Positions 1-9,481 of a stretch of 64,000 nt of DNA are shown here, in pieces. How positions within the stretch are numbered: position 1 is the first letter of the stretch; each line of letters starts with the position of its first letter. Both the position numbers and the translations under genes were made by a program. The DNA comes from Nitrospirota bacterium (GTDB lineage: Bacteria; Nitrospirota; Thermodesulfovibrionia; Thermodesulfovibrionales; JdFR-86): positions 256,001 through 320,000 of the forward strand of contig CAVRJY010000004.1 in assembly GCA_963721805.1 (NCBI GenBank). Direction: 5' to 3'. The notes beneath the pieces were generated by a model that was not told the DNA's origin, did no database searches, and was given only the letters and a program-made list of their open reading frames with translations.

Positions 1-825
1 CCTTTGCCGCTTGAGCATCTCCTCGAGGCGCTCGCGGGTGATGTCGCCGCGCGCCACCAGTATCTCGCCAAGCCGCATGACCTCCTCGTCCTCCGCCACG
101 TCGTCGATGAGGTCGATGCGGACCTCCGAATCATCCGCGACGAATATGAAGACGTCCCTTATCGCGCCAATGCCGGTGTCCGTCGTGAGTATGACGTCCC
201 ACCACGCAAAGCAGCCCTCGGGCTCGATCTCATCGAGCGCCGGCACGTCGGTCATGTGCACGACGACCCTGCACTCGCCCAGGGCGCGCAGGTCGTTAAG
301 CAGGTATACGGGATTGCTCCCCTGCATGAAGATAGAGGCGGCGGGCTTGAAGCGGATCCTGTAGGTATGCATCCCTGAAGCGGCGGGCCCCTGCGCCGCC
401 GGGCCGGTTTCGAGCGCGGCCTCTGGCTTTTGATCGTCCGGCATCAGGGTCCGCAGGCCCTCGAGTATCGTGCGGCCGATGGCCGCATCGCCTTCGGATA
501 TCGCTCCCCGGTCCGCATCGAGCAGGACGCGGATGTGGTCGCGTGCGCCCAGGGTGAGGTTAACGAGTTCGCGGCTGACCTTCATCCGTCCGCCGCGTAC
601 CAGGTCATAGACCGTCTCTATGTTGTGCGTGAAGGCCGCGATGTCGTCATATCCGAACATCGCCCCGGAGCCCTTGATCGTGTGCATCGCACGGAAGACC
701 CGCCCTACGATGTCCATGTCCTCGGGCCGCTCCTCAAGCGCAAGCAGCGAGTCCTCGAGCTCCGAGAGGTATTCGAGGGCCTCGTCCCTGTATGCGTCCC
801 TGTGCTGGTCCTGTGGCGTGGGCAT
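1..825 (-). CDS. cheA: Chemotaxis histidine kinase CheA, N-terminal part (runs off window start)
   Basis: Not in the ORF track. Manual translation from ATG 825 gives MPTPQDQHRDAYRDEALEYLSELEDSLL...VFRAMHTIKGSGAMFG (P1/Hpt phospho-His motif); directly follows cheY and STAS genes. Confidence 0.92.
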   Translation of the reverse strand, partial: MPTPQDQHRDAYRDEALEYLSELEDSLLALEERPEDMDIVGRVFRAMHTIKGSGAMFGYDDIAAFTHNIETVYDLVRGGRMKVSRELVNLTLGARDHIRVLLDADRGAISEGDAAIGRTILEGLRTLMPDDQKPEAALETGPAAQGPAASGMHTYRIRFKPAASIFMQGSNPVYLLNDLRALGECRVVVHMTDVPALDEIEPEGCFAWWDVILTTDTGIGAIRDVFIFVADDSEVRIDLIDDVAEDEEVMRLGEILVARGDITRERLEEMLKRQR

Positions 826-831
826 ATCGGG

Positions 832-1182
832 TTATGCCGCCGGGGCCGGGTTCCAGCAGCACCGCACGGCGCCGCCGGAGAAGCAGCTGCGGCTGCGGGC
901 GAAGCCGATCTCGTCGGCAAGCGACTGGACGCAATCCCCTGAGTTTCCTGCGAGCGCGAACTCCCGGCCTTCCTTTACGGCCTTTTTGTGGGCCGCGCAC
1001 AGCAGCTGGAAGAACGACAGGTCAGCATGGCTCAGCTCGGAGAGGTCGACCGAGACAGGCCCCGGAGACTGAAACGCGCGGAGCAGGGCATCGCGGATAA
1101 GCGCCGCGGATCGCACCGTGGCCTCGCCGGAGATAATCACGTTCGCGCCCTCTACGCGCAGCCGTGGCGTATCAGAATCCAT
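832..1182 (-). CDS. STAS-domain (anti-sigma antagonist-like) protein of chemotaxis operon
   Basis: 116 aa with VDLSELSHADLSFFQLL STAS motif; lies between cheY and cheA. Confidence 0.8.
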   Translation of the reverse strand: MDSDTPRLRVEGANVIISGEATVRSAALIRDALLRAFQSPGPVSVDLSELSHADLSFFQLLCAAHKKAVKEGREFALAGNSGDCVQSLADEIGFARSRSCFSGGAVRCCWNPAPAA

Positions 1183-1200
1183 TTCCGCCCCGCATCGGAA

Positions 1201-1566
1201 TTACCTGAGGAATCTCTGCACAACGCTCAGGAGCTGTTCGGGCTTGAACGGCTTCACTATCCAGCCGCTTGCGCCAGCGGTCTTGCCCTCGGCCTTCTTC
1301 GTATCCTGCGACTCGGTCGTGAGCATCACGATCGGGGTGAACTTATATGCAGGCATCTGACGGAGCTGGCGTATAAGCTCGAGGCCGTCCATCTCAGGCA
1401 TGTTGAGGTCCGTCACGACCATATCGACCTTCGCGCCGGCCGCCTTGCCCACGGCGTCCCTGCCGTTTACGGCGGTGAGCACCGTATAGCCTGCGTCCTT
1501 GAGAGTGTAATCCACGAGCTGCCTCATCGAGGCGGAGTCGTCCACGATCATTACGGTCTTGCCCAT
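1201..1566 (-). CDS. cheY: Chemotaxis response regulator CheY
   Basis: MGKTVMIVDD...DLNMPEMDG...MLTTES...KPF receiver motifs; GAGGGG RBS favours ATG 1566. Confidence 0.9.
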   Translation of the reverse strand: MGKTVMIVDDSASMRQLVDYTLKDAGYTVLTAVNGRDAVGKAAGAKVDMVVTDLNMPEMDGLELIRQLRQMPAYKFTPIVMLTTESQDTKKAEGKTAGASGWIVKPFKPEQLLSVVQRFLR

Positions 1567-1601
1567 ATCCATCCCCTCATGATGTTGTGTTCCCCCCTGA
1601 G

Positions 1602-2822
1602 TCAAAACAGCGTGACGTTATCCTCGGCAGCCTCCCCGGCCGCCTGAACGCCCGGTGCGGCGGAGCCCGCCAGCGCCCGCTTCATCGCATCGCGCTCGGA
1701 TTCCATAGTATACTGGGTCTCGAGCCATTTTACATTATCTTCCGAGGCACCGTCCCATTCGCTAATCTTCACGCCGAGGCTCTTGAGCCGGCCGAGCGCC
1801 TCGCTGAAATCCTCGCGCATCGCCACCAGCGGGCCGCTGACGTGCTCGATCCTCTGGCGCGTGATGTCCTGAAACTGCATGCTCGTGATGACCGCGCTGA
1901 TGTCGTGGGCCAGGCCCTCGGCCTCGCGCTTGAGCGTGTCGAGGTCGGACTTGGTATCGGACATTATTCCGTCCATCTTGATCATCGTGTCCGAGACGAC
2001 CTCGGCAGCGCGGGCGATGTCCTCGTGCGACTCGTCCGAGATGGACGAGGTGCGGCGGTACATCGCGTCTACGTCGTGCTCGACCGACTGGATGAGCTTG
2101 CCTATGTCGCTGGCTGCCACGTTGGAGCGCGACGAGAGCTTCCTGACCTCGTCGGCCACGACCGCGAAGCCGCGCCCGTGCTCCCCGGCCCGCGCGGCCT
2201 CTATCGCCGCGTTGAGGGCCAGCAGGTTCGTCTGGTCCGCTATGTATTCGATATCCTGGAGTATCCGCCTGATGTTGACGACGTCCTTCTGCACGGCCTT
2301 CATATCCTCAATGGTCTGGGCCTCGGCCTCGGCCATCTTCGACACTACGGTCACGACATCGGTCAGCGCCGTGCGGCTGATGTCCAGCAGCGAGGTGTCT
2401 CCGTCGCCGCCCGTGAACCTGCCGAATGCGGACGAGGCCTGCCCGGCCTGCTCGCGCGCGCGGCCGGCGATGTTCATGAAACGCTCACCGATCTCTATCG
2501 ATGCCTGCTCGGTGTGGTCCGTGACCTCCTTGAGCTGCTCGACCATCACCGGGATGGCGTTCATGCGGCTCATGATCATCCCGCCAAGCGGGGCGACGTC
2601 ACCCCTCAGTTCGGACAGATGAGAGTGCTTCTCCTCCTCGTGCTGGCTGCGCTGCACCCCAATGCGGTGCGCCATCAGGGCGTATGCCGCCGCGCTGGCG
2701 GCCAGCATTATCAGAACGGTCAGCCCCGCCCTCAGCCACGTGCCGCCTATGAAAGAAACAGCGACAAACGGCACGAGCAGCAGTGCGACCTTGAGTATCA
2801 GTTTGTAGTCGGCCCTCTCCAT
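1602..2822 (-). CDS. Methyl-accepting chemotaxis protein
   Basis: Two N-terminal TM segments; [36 protein letters not shown] signalling hairpin; AGGAG RBS upstream of ATG 2822. Confidence 0.93.
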   Translation of the reverse strand: MERADYKLILKVALLLVPFVAVSFIGGTWLRAGLTVLIMLAASAAAYALMAHRIGVQRSQHEEEKHSHLSELRGDVAPLGGMIMSRMNAIPVMVEQLKEVTDHTEQASIEIGERFMNIAGRAREQAGQASSAFGRFTGGDGDTSLLDISRTALTDVVTVVSKMAEAEAQTIEDMKAVQKDVVNIRRILQDIEYIADQTNLLALNAAIEAARAGEHGRGFAVVADEVRKLSSRSNVAASDIGKLIQSVEHDVDAMYRRTSSISDESHEDIARAAEVVSDTMIKMDGIMSDTKSDLDTLKREAEGLAHDISAVITSMQFQDITRQRIEHVSGPLVAMREDFSEALGRLKSLGVKISEWDGASEDNVKWLETQYTMESERDAMKRALAGSAAPGVQAAGEAAEDNVTLF

Positions 2823-2875
2823 TTTCCCATCTCCTGACGCTAAGAATCCGTTAGTATACACGGCGTATTAAAGAA

Positions 2876-2904
2876 ATAATAGTATTGATTGTACACCATT
2901 GCAA
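2876..2904 (-). promoter_or_regulatory. Putative sigma70 promoter of chemotaxis operon
   Basis: TTGCAA-17 nt-TATTAT on minus strand in AT-rich intergenic region. Confidence 0.4.
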
Positions 2905-2931
2905 GTCCGGTCGAATGTGACCGGCGTCACA

Positions 2932-3909
2932 CTATCCCCCTATTGAGGACATCGAGACGTGGGATGCCCGCTCAGGGCCGTTTGAGAGGTAATTGCCCTC
3001 GGGCTTTGCGATTATAGCGAGGCCGAACAGCCTCGCGAGTTCCGCGTCATCGGCCCCGCGGCGCAGCGGGCCCAGGACGTCGATCTCGGTGCTTGAAAAC
3101 AGGCACGGCCTTATGCGGCCGGCCGCGCTGATCCGAAGCCTGCTGCAGCTTGAGCAAAACCCGTGGCTTACAGGGCTTATGAATCCGACCACGCCAGAGG
3201 CGCCCTTGATCCGGTAGTTTCTGGAGGTCCCGCCCCCCCTGAAAGGCAGCCGCTCCAGCGGCCCGTGCGCGGCCTCGACGCGCCCCATGATCTCAGGGAC
3301 GCGGACGCAGCGCTCTTCGCTCCAGCCCCGCCCGGCCGTGGGCATGAACTCGATGAACCGCACGTGCACCGGCTCTGCCAGGCTGAGGGCCGCAAACTCG
3401 GGTATCTCGCCGTCGTTCACCCCGCGCATCGGGACCATGTTGATCTTGACCGGCGTGAGGCCCGCGTCTTTAGCTGACGCGATCCCCTCAAGCACCCGCC
3501 CAAGCTCGCCGCCGCCCGTTACCGAGCTGAACCGCCCCGGCTCGAGCGAGTCGAGGCTCACGTTTACGCGGTCGAGCCCTGCCGCGGCAAGCGGCCCGGC
3601 CATCGCCCTGAGGCGCGAGCCGTTGGTCGTGAGGCTCAGGTCGCGCACGCCCAGGCGTTTTAAGCAAGAGACGATATCGATGATGTCCGGCCTCACGAGC
3701 GGCTCGCCGCCGGTGAGCCTGATCTTGCGGACGCCGAACCCCAGCGCGACCGAGGCTATGCGGCCGAGCTCTGCCGGGGTGTAGATATCGGCCTCGGCAA
3801 AGCGCGCCGGAGGCGCGGCGGGCATGCAGTAGACGCAGCCCATGTTGCAGCGGTCAGTGACCGATACGCGCAGGTAGTCTATCCTTCTGCCAAATCCGTC
3901 GATAGCCAT
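2932..3909 (-). CDS. moaA: GTP 3',8-cyclase MoaA (radical SAM)
   Basis: YLRVSVTDRCNMGCVYC, LTGGEPL, C-terminal FCSSCSRLR..C cluster and terminal IGG. Confidence 0.95.
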   Translation of the reverse strand: MAIDGFGRRIDYLRVSVTDRCNMGCVYCMPAAPPARFAEADIYTPAELGRIASVALGFGVRKIRLTGGEPLVRPDIIDIVSCLKRLGVRDLSLTTNGSRLRAMAGPLAAAGLDRVNVSLDSLEPGRFSSVTGGGELGRVLEGIASAKDAGLTPVKINMVPMRGVNDGEIPEFAALSLAEPVHVRFIEFMPTAGRGWSEERCVRVPEIMGRVEAAHGPLERLPFRGGGTSRNYRIKGASGVVGFISPVSHGFCSSCSRLRISAAGRIRPCLFSSTEIDVLGPLRRGADDAELARLFGLAIIAKPEGNYLSNGPERASHVSMSSIGG

Positions 3910-3914
3910 TATTG

Positions 3915-3943
3915 ATTCTACCTTAAACCGGACCGCATGACAA
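3915..3943 (-). promoter_or_regulatory. sigma70 promoter of moaA (apparently leaderless)
   Basis: TTGTCA-17-TAGAAT, then 5 nt to ATG; no SD. Confidence 0.6.
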
Positions 3944-3975
3944 AACGCCCCTATGTTCCATTATAAAAATTGCTT

Positions 3976-4016
3976 AAAAGGAAGGGGGGCCCTGAGGGGG
4001 GTAATCTCAGGGCCCC
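3976..4016 (-). terminator. Rho-independent terminator downstream of ftsZ
   Basis: 11-bp stem GGGGCCCTGAG/CTCAGGGCCCC followed on minus strand by CCTTCCTTTT. Confidence 0.65.
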
Positions 4017-4171
4017 GTTGTGGAAGCGTCCCGGCCTAATTCCAGCCACCCGGGAGGGCGGCCGTAATATGGACCTTGGCCGGGATGCGGGGTAAATATT
4101 AACTGTCAGCTATAAGCCGCGTCCCACCCCGCATGCCTTCCGCGGGGCGAACAATCTTTTCCCGTAACCGC

Positions 4172-5485
4172 CTACAATGACGTCGTGCGGGCCGCAGGAG
4201 CGGAGATCGGCTTGCGCAGGAAGGTCGGGATATCGATCGGGTCATCCGAGTCGAGATCAAACGCGAGCGACTTCGAGAGCACGCGGCCCGAGCCCTTAAG
4301 CGAGACATGTGGCTGAGCTATGCTGCGGCGGGGCGGCTCTGGGGTCACGTCCTCGACTATCACCCCGAGGGCCTCGGCCACGGCCTGAGATATCGAAGGT
4401 GCAGCGGGCTTCGCCTCGGCCTGTGCTACATGGGCTGCTACCTTCGCGGCCGTTGCGCTCAGCGCCTCGCGCGTCATCGGGGTCCAGGCCTTCACGGCAG
4501 GGACCTCGGCCTTGCGCGGGATGTCCTTAAACCCGGTGGCGATGACCGTCACGCGCATCTCGTCCTCCATGTTGGGGTCGATCACAGCGCCGACGATTAT
4601 GTTGGCCTCGGGGTCCGCGCTCTCGTGCACCATGCCCATCGCGTCCTGCACCTCGTCGAGCGAGAGGTCGAACCCCCCAGTGATGTTCACGAGTATGCCC
4701 ATCGCGCCCTCTATCGAGTTGTTCTCTATCAGGGGGTTTAAGATCGCACGCTTTGCGGCCTCGTGCGAGCGCTTCTCGCCCTTGCCCACGCCCATGCCTA
4801 TGACCGCGCGGCCCCGGTTTTCCATGATCGTCTTTACGTCGGCGAAGTCCACGTTTACGAGCCCAGTGCGCAGGACGAGGTCCGATATCCCGGCCACCGC
4901 GTTTCTGAGGACGTCGTTTGCGACCTCGAAGCACTTCAGTATCGGCGTGCCGCGCTCGACGACCAGAGAGATCTTGTCGTTGGGGACGATGATGATCGCG
5001 TCCACCCGGTTTTGGAGCTCGGCGATGCCGCGCTCTGCGTTGGCGCGGCGCCCTCCGCCCTCTATCGTGAAGGGCCTCGTTACGACCGCGACCGTCAGCG
5101 CGCCCATCTCCTTTGCGACTTCCGCGACCACCGGAGAGGCCCCGGTGCCGGTGCCGCCGCCCATCCCGGCCGTGATGAAGACCATGTCCGCGCCCTCGAG
5201 GCAGCGGGTGATCAGCTCGCGGTCTTCGAGCGCGGCGTCGCGGCCGACCTCGGGCTTCATGCCCGCGCCCAGCCCGCGCGTGACGGTGCTTCCGATATGC
5301 ACCTTGTGCGCCGCGAGCGAGGCCTCGAGCGCCTGGGAGTCCGTGTTTATCACGACGAACTCCACGCCGCCTATGTGCGAGGCTATCATGTTGTTTACGA
5401 CGTTTCCGCCGGCCCCGCCAACGCCTACGACCTTGATGTTGGCCACCAGCCCGCCTACGGAGTTTTCACCGAGCTCGAATACCAT
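4172..5485 (-). CDS. ftsZ: Cell division protein FtsZ
   Basis: GVGGAGGN, GMGGGTGTG tubulin signature, NVDFAD, C-terminal DIPTFLRK peptide. Confidence 0.98.
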   Translation of the reverse strand: MVFELGENSVGGLVANIKVVGVGGAGGNVVNNMIASHIGGVEFVVINTDSQALEASLAAHKVHIGSTVTRGLGAGMKPEVGRDAALEDRELITRCLEGADMVFITAGMGGGTGTGASPVVAEVAKEMGALTVAVVTRPFTIEGGGRRANAERGIAELQNRVDAIIIVPNDKISLVVERGTPILKCFEVANDVLRNAVAGISDLVLRTGLVNVDFADVKTIMENRGRAVIGMGVGKGEKRSHEAAKRAILNPLIENNSIEGAMGILVNITGGFDLSLDEVQDAMGMVHESADPEANIIVGAVIDPNMEDEMRVTVIATGFKDIPRKAEVPAVKAWTPMTREALSATAAKVAAHVAQAEAKPAAPSISQAVAEALGVIVEDVTPEPPRRSIAQPHVSLKGSGRVLSKSLAFDLDSDDPIDIPTFLRKPISAPAARTTSL

Positions 5486-5554
5486 CTTTTACTACCCCCT
5501 TGTATATGGTTAATGTCCAGAGCCGTCCCAATCCTGAGACAGGCTCATTAATGC

Positions 5555-6796
5555 CTATGCCTTGAGCGTCCGGCCTACAGCGCCCTTGATCGTCTTTATG
5601 TCGAAGAGCCCGCGGATAGAGGCCGCGCGCTCCCTGATGCCGTCGATGAAGCCGTCGTAAGAGTTCCGCTCGGTGCGCATCCCGTGCAGGACCAGCCCGA
5701 CCGCGGTCGAATAAAGCGGCGTCCTGGCCTCGTCCCCAAGCGAGAGCGAGAGGGCCTCGTACGGCGCGCCGCAGCGCACCGGCACACCGAAGACGAGCTC
5801 CGCAATGCGGTCCGCGCCGCGGAGCATCGAACCCCCGCCGGTGAGCACGACGCACGAGGGGCGGTCGCGGAGCATCTCGCCCTGCACCTCGCCAAGCAGC
5901 ATCCCCATGATCTCCTCGCAGCGCGGCCTGATGATCTCGGCGATCATCGAGGTGGCCATCGTGCGCCGCCTGCCGTCCATGCCTGTCACCTCCACGTGCT
6001 CCGGAAGGCCCGGCTCGAACAGCGCATACCCGCAGAGCTTCTTGATCCGGTCGGCCTCCTTGTGCGCTATGCGCAGGCCGATCGCTATGTCGTTGGTCAC
6101 GTTGTTGCCGCCGGCCGGCACGACCGAGGCGTGGCGCAGCATGCCGTCTTTATATAGCGCGAGGTCCGTCGTGCCGCCGCCCATATCGACTATCAGCACG
6201 CCCTCGCTCATCTCTTCCTCGGTGACCACCGCGCGCGCCGAGGCTATCGGCTCGAGCACGGTGTCCATAACTTGCAGCCCCGCCCGCTCGCAGCAGCGGA
6301 CGAGGTTTTCGACCGCCGAGTGCGCGGCCGTGATCACGCGGACATTTGCTTCAAGTTTGACGCCGGACATCCCAAGCGGCTGCACTATGCCGTCCTGGCC
6401 GTCGACTATGAAGTCAGACGGCAGCACGTGCAGGACGTCGCGGTCCAGCGGCACGTAGACCGACGATGCGGACTCTATCACCCGGTCGAGGTCGCGCGTC
6501 GAGATCTCGCGGCCCTTTATCCCGGTCGCCCCGAAGCTCTTCCTGCACTCGACATGGCCCCCGGCCACACCTATGTGCACGGTCTTGATCTCGACGCCGG
6601 AGCGCTCGGACGCGATTCGCACGGCCTCGGCCACGCACCCGGTCGCCGCGTCCATGTCCACGACCACGGCCTTCTTGATCCCCTGCGAGGGGGCCATCCC
6701 GACGCCTATGATCTCGGCGCGTTTGCCTCTGAGCGAGGCCACGACCGCGCATATCTTCGTGGTGCCTATGTCAAGCCCCGCTATATACCGGGTCAT
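5555..6796 (-). CDS. ftsA: Cell division protein FtsA
   Basis: GLDIGTTKI, DMGGGTTD, VLTGGGS actin-like motifs; dcw position. Confidence 0.97.
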   Translation of the reverse strand: MTRYIAGLDIGTTKICAVVASLRGKRAEIIGVGMAPSQGIKKAVVVDMDAATGCVAEAVRIASERSGVEIKTVHIGVAGGHVECRKSFGATGIKGREISTRDLDRVIESASSVYVPLDRDVLHVLPSDFIVDGQDGIVQPLGMSGVKLEANVRVITAAHSAVENLVRCCERAGLQVMDTVLEPIASARAVVTEEEMSEGVLIVDMGGGTTDLALYKDGMLRHASVVPAGGNNVTNDIAIGLRIAHKEADRIKKLCGYALFEPGLPEHVEVTGMDGRRRTMATSMIAEIIRPRCEEIMGMLLGEVQGEMLRDRPSCVVLTGGGSMLRGADRIAELVFGVPVRCGAPYEALSLSLGDEARTPLYSTAVGLVLHGMRTERNSYDGFIDGIRERAASIRGLFDIKTIKGAVGRTLKA

Positions 6797-7680
6797 ATCT
6801 TCCTCACCCTGGAGGGCCGGGCCTTCGTGGCCTTGTCCTTGGAGGATTTCCCCTTCGGGGATTTCTCGTTTGAGGGGTTCTCCCCGGGGTTCTTCTCCAC
6901 AGTTGCGTCTCCGGTCGCGTCGGCCGTGGCTATGTGCCGGACCACCACGCGGCCCTCGAACCTAAGGTCTACGTACTCAACAGCGATATCGAGCTTCGCG
7001 ATCTGGTCCTTGATCTCGTCGAACGCGGCGAGTTTTTCCTTAAAACGGTCCTCGCCGATCTTTATGTTGAGCCCGTTTAGGGTTATCGTAAGTTCGTGCG
7101 CCCCGTGCTCCATCCCGCTGATCTCGACCCCTCCGGTGTCCTTGCCCATGCCCATGTCGCGAAGCACGCCGGCAAGCTCCACGGCCTTGAGGTATGCCGC
7201 GGGGTTCGCGCCCCTGTCGCCGGTGATCACCGGCAGGAACACGGTCGGCCTGCCCGAGAGGCTCTGGAGCACCTTGCCATCGGCGTCAACAATGTAGGAG
7301 TTCCCCCGGTCCTGGAGCACGGCCTGCGGCGCGGACTCCTCGATCAGGAATATCATCCTGTGCGGGAACTCCTTGCGCACCCTGACCGAGCGGATCCATG
7401 GGGAGCTGCTCAGGCAGCCGGCGAGACTGGCAGAGGAGGTCCTGAAGATGTTCTCCCCGCCGTTTACGTCCATGAGCCTCATGAGTTCGGCATCCGAGAG
7501 ATAGCGGTTGCCGCGAAACTCGTAATCGCGTATCGAAAACAGGCTGCTCGTAAGCGCAAACCAGAGCACCCCGCCCGCAACAAGCGTGACGCCGGACGCA
7601 ACAGCGAGCCTGACCCACCAAGGCGTGCGCCTCGCGTTTTCGTTGGCCTTCGGGGCCTTCTTCGGTGCGCTCTTTCTCAA
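6793..7680 (-). CDS. ftsQ: Cell division protein FtsQ
   Basis: Single TM, POTRA domain (GNRYLS..PWIRSVRVRKEFP), YVDLRF motif. Confidence 0.9.
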   Translation of the reverse strand: MRKSAPKKAPKANENARRTPWWVRLAVASGVTLVAGGVLWFALTSSLFSIRDYEFRGNRYLSDAELMRLMDVNGGENIFRTSSASLAGCLSSSPWIRSVRVRKEFPHRMIFLIEESAPQAVLQDRGNSYIVDADGKVLQSLSGRPTVFLPVITGDRGANPAAYLKAVELAGVLRDMGMGKDTGGVEISGMEHGAHELTITLNGLNIKIGEDRFKEKLAAFDEIKDQIAKLDIAVEYVDLRFEGRVVVRHIATADATGDATVEKNPGENPSNEKSPKGKSSKDKATKARPSRVRKI

Positions 7681-8570
7681 CTTCGCAGCGCCTCTTTCAG
7701 GATCTCGTTAATCAGGGCCGGGAAGTCCAGCCCGGCCGATGCGGCTATCTTGGGCAGCAGGCTCGTCTCGGTCATGCCGGGTATCGTATTGACCTCAAGG
7801 ACGTACGGCGTGCCCGCCTTGTCTATTATCAGGTCCACGCGCGTGGCCCCCCGGCAGCCGAGCGCCTCGTGCGCGCCGAGCGCGGCGAGCTTCGCGGCCT
7901 CGTATGCCGCCGCGTCTATCGCGGGCGGGATTATGTAGTCCGTCCGGCCAGCGGTATATTTGTTTTCATAGCTGTAGAACCCCGAATGGGGCCTGACCTC
8001 GACCCCGCCAAGAGGCCGGCCGCCCATTATCGCTATCTGCACCTCGGCCCCGGCTATGTAGTCCTCGACCACAGCGCGGCCGTCAAACTCCGCCGCGGCC
8101 GCAAGCGCGGCCTTAAGCTCGTCCGGGCCGCTTACGATGAATACGCCGACGCTCGAGCCCTCGCGGCTCGGCTTCACGACGAGCGGGAAGCGCTCAGAGG
8201 CGTATGGCTCGCCCTTTGATACGACCGCGTAGCCAGGCACGTTGAGGCCGGCAGCGCGGAACATCACCTTCGATGCGGGCTTGTCCATCGCGAGCGCCGA
8301 GGCCAGCACGCCCGAGCCTGTATAGGGAATGCCCAGCACGTCGAGCAGGCCCTGTATGGAGCCGTCCTCGCCGACCCCGCCATGAAGCGCGATGAACGCG
8401 GCATCAATGGCCTCGGCCTTAAGCCGCGCGCATACGTCAGGGCCGGCGTCTATGTCGATGACCGTATAGCCGAGCCCCCGGAGCGCCTTCGAGACGGCCT
8501 GTCCGCTTTTAAGCGAGACCTCGCGCTCTGACGATGTGCCTCCCATCAGGACCCCGATGCGCCTCACCAT
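7677..8570 (-). CDS. ddl: D-alanine--D-alanine ligase
   Basis: GGTSSEREVS, LHGGVGEDG, GSSVG, EVNTIPGMT. Confidence 0.97.
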   Translation of the reverse strand: MVRRIGVLMGGTSSEREVSLKSGQAVSKALRGLGYTVIDIDAGPDVCARLKAEAIDAAFIALHGGVGEDGSIQGLLDVLGIPYTGSGVLASALAMDKPASKVMFRAAGLNVPGYAVVSKGEPYASERFPLVVKPSREGSSVGVFIVSGPDELKAALAAAAEFDGRAVVEDYIAGAEVQIAIMGGRPLGGVEVRPHSGFYSYENKYTAGRTDYIIPPAIDAAAYEAAKLAALGAHEALGCRGATRVDLIIDKAGTPYVLEVNTIPGMTETSLLPKIAASAGLDFPALINEILKEALRS

Positions 8571-9481
8571 CTTCCGACCATCCTTATCTCGGGCTCAAGC
8601 TCCACGCCCGCTGCCTCGGCCGCGCGCTGTGCGACCAGGTCCATCAGCCGCCGGAAGTCCGACGCTGTGCCCCGGCCCCTGTTTATGAAAAAATTCGCAT
8701 GAAGCGTGCTCACCTCTATATCGCCGACCCTCGCCCCCTTAAACCCGAGCGTGTCTATGACCTGCCCGGCGCTGAGGTCCGGGGGGTTTTTAAAGACGCA
8801 ACCCGCGGAACGCTCCCCAACCGGCTGCGTGAGTTTCTTTCTCGATAAATACCCGGCCATCCGCTCGCGGATCGCGGCCGGCGCGTCCGTCTTTAGCCTG
8901 AGCCTGGCGCCGAGCACCACAGAGCCCTGCGGGATCAGCGCCCGCCGGTACTCGAAGCGTATCTCGTCGAGCCCGGCCTCTCTTACGCTGCCATCGCGGT
9001 GGAAGATCGTCACGTTCGCGATGAAGTCCTTGATCTCGGCCCCGAACGAACCGGCATTGCCCGCTATCGCGCCGCCGAGCAGCCCGGGTATCCCGGCAAG
9101 CCCCTCGAGCCCGGCAAGGCCCGCACCGGCGGTGTAATTCAGCAGCCTCTGAAGCGGGACCCCTGCACCGGCATGCACCACGGCCGCATCCTCGTCGCGG
9201 GAGATGATTTCCACGCTATCGTTAAATCCCATCGCCAATACCACGCCCTCGATGCCCAGGTCGCTTACAAGGACGTTCGAGCCCCCGCCAAGCGGCGTGA
9301 CCTGCACACCATGGTGGGCCGCGAGCCTCATCAACTCAAGCAGCGCATCGGCGCTGTGCGGCGCGATAAACAGATCGGCCGGGCCTCCGATGCCGAGCGT
9401 CGTATGGCCGGACATCGGCTCCCCTGGCAGCGATGTCGCCTCCAGCGCGCCGAATACCTCTATCAGAGATGCGTCAGCCAT
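8564..9481 (-). CDS. murB: UDP-N-acetylenolpyruvoylglucosamine reductase
   Basis: HTTLGIGGPA, GGGSN, SAGCVFKNP, HANF, LEPEI. Confidence 0.96.
   Translation of the reverse strand: MADASLIEVFGALEATSLPGEPMSGHTTLGIGGPADLFIAPHSADALLELMRLAAHHGVQVTPLGGGSNVLVSDLGIEGVVLAMGFNDSVEIISRDEDAAVVHAGAGVPLQRLLNYTAGAGLAGLEGLAGIPGLLGGAIAGNAGSFGAEIKDFIANVTIFHRDGSVREAGLDEIRFEYRRALIPQGSVVLGARLRLKTDAPAAIRERMAGYLSRKKLTQPVGERSAGCVFKNPPDLSAGQVIDTLGFKGARVGDIEVSTLHANFFINRGRGTASDFRRLMDLVAQRAAEAAGVELEPEIRMVGRW

Noticed and set aside
4020..4095. Moco riboswitch upstream of moaA
   Set aside because: Only a loose CTCCCG..GGAA resemblance; it lies upstream of a terminator and moaA has its own promoter immediately before the ATG
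6793..6900. Basic C-terminal tail on FtsQ
   Set aside because: Low-complexity extensions after the DLRF motif are variable and not clearly informative
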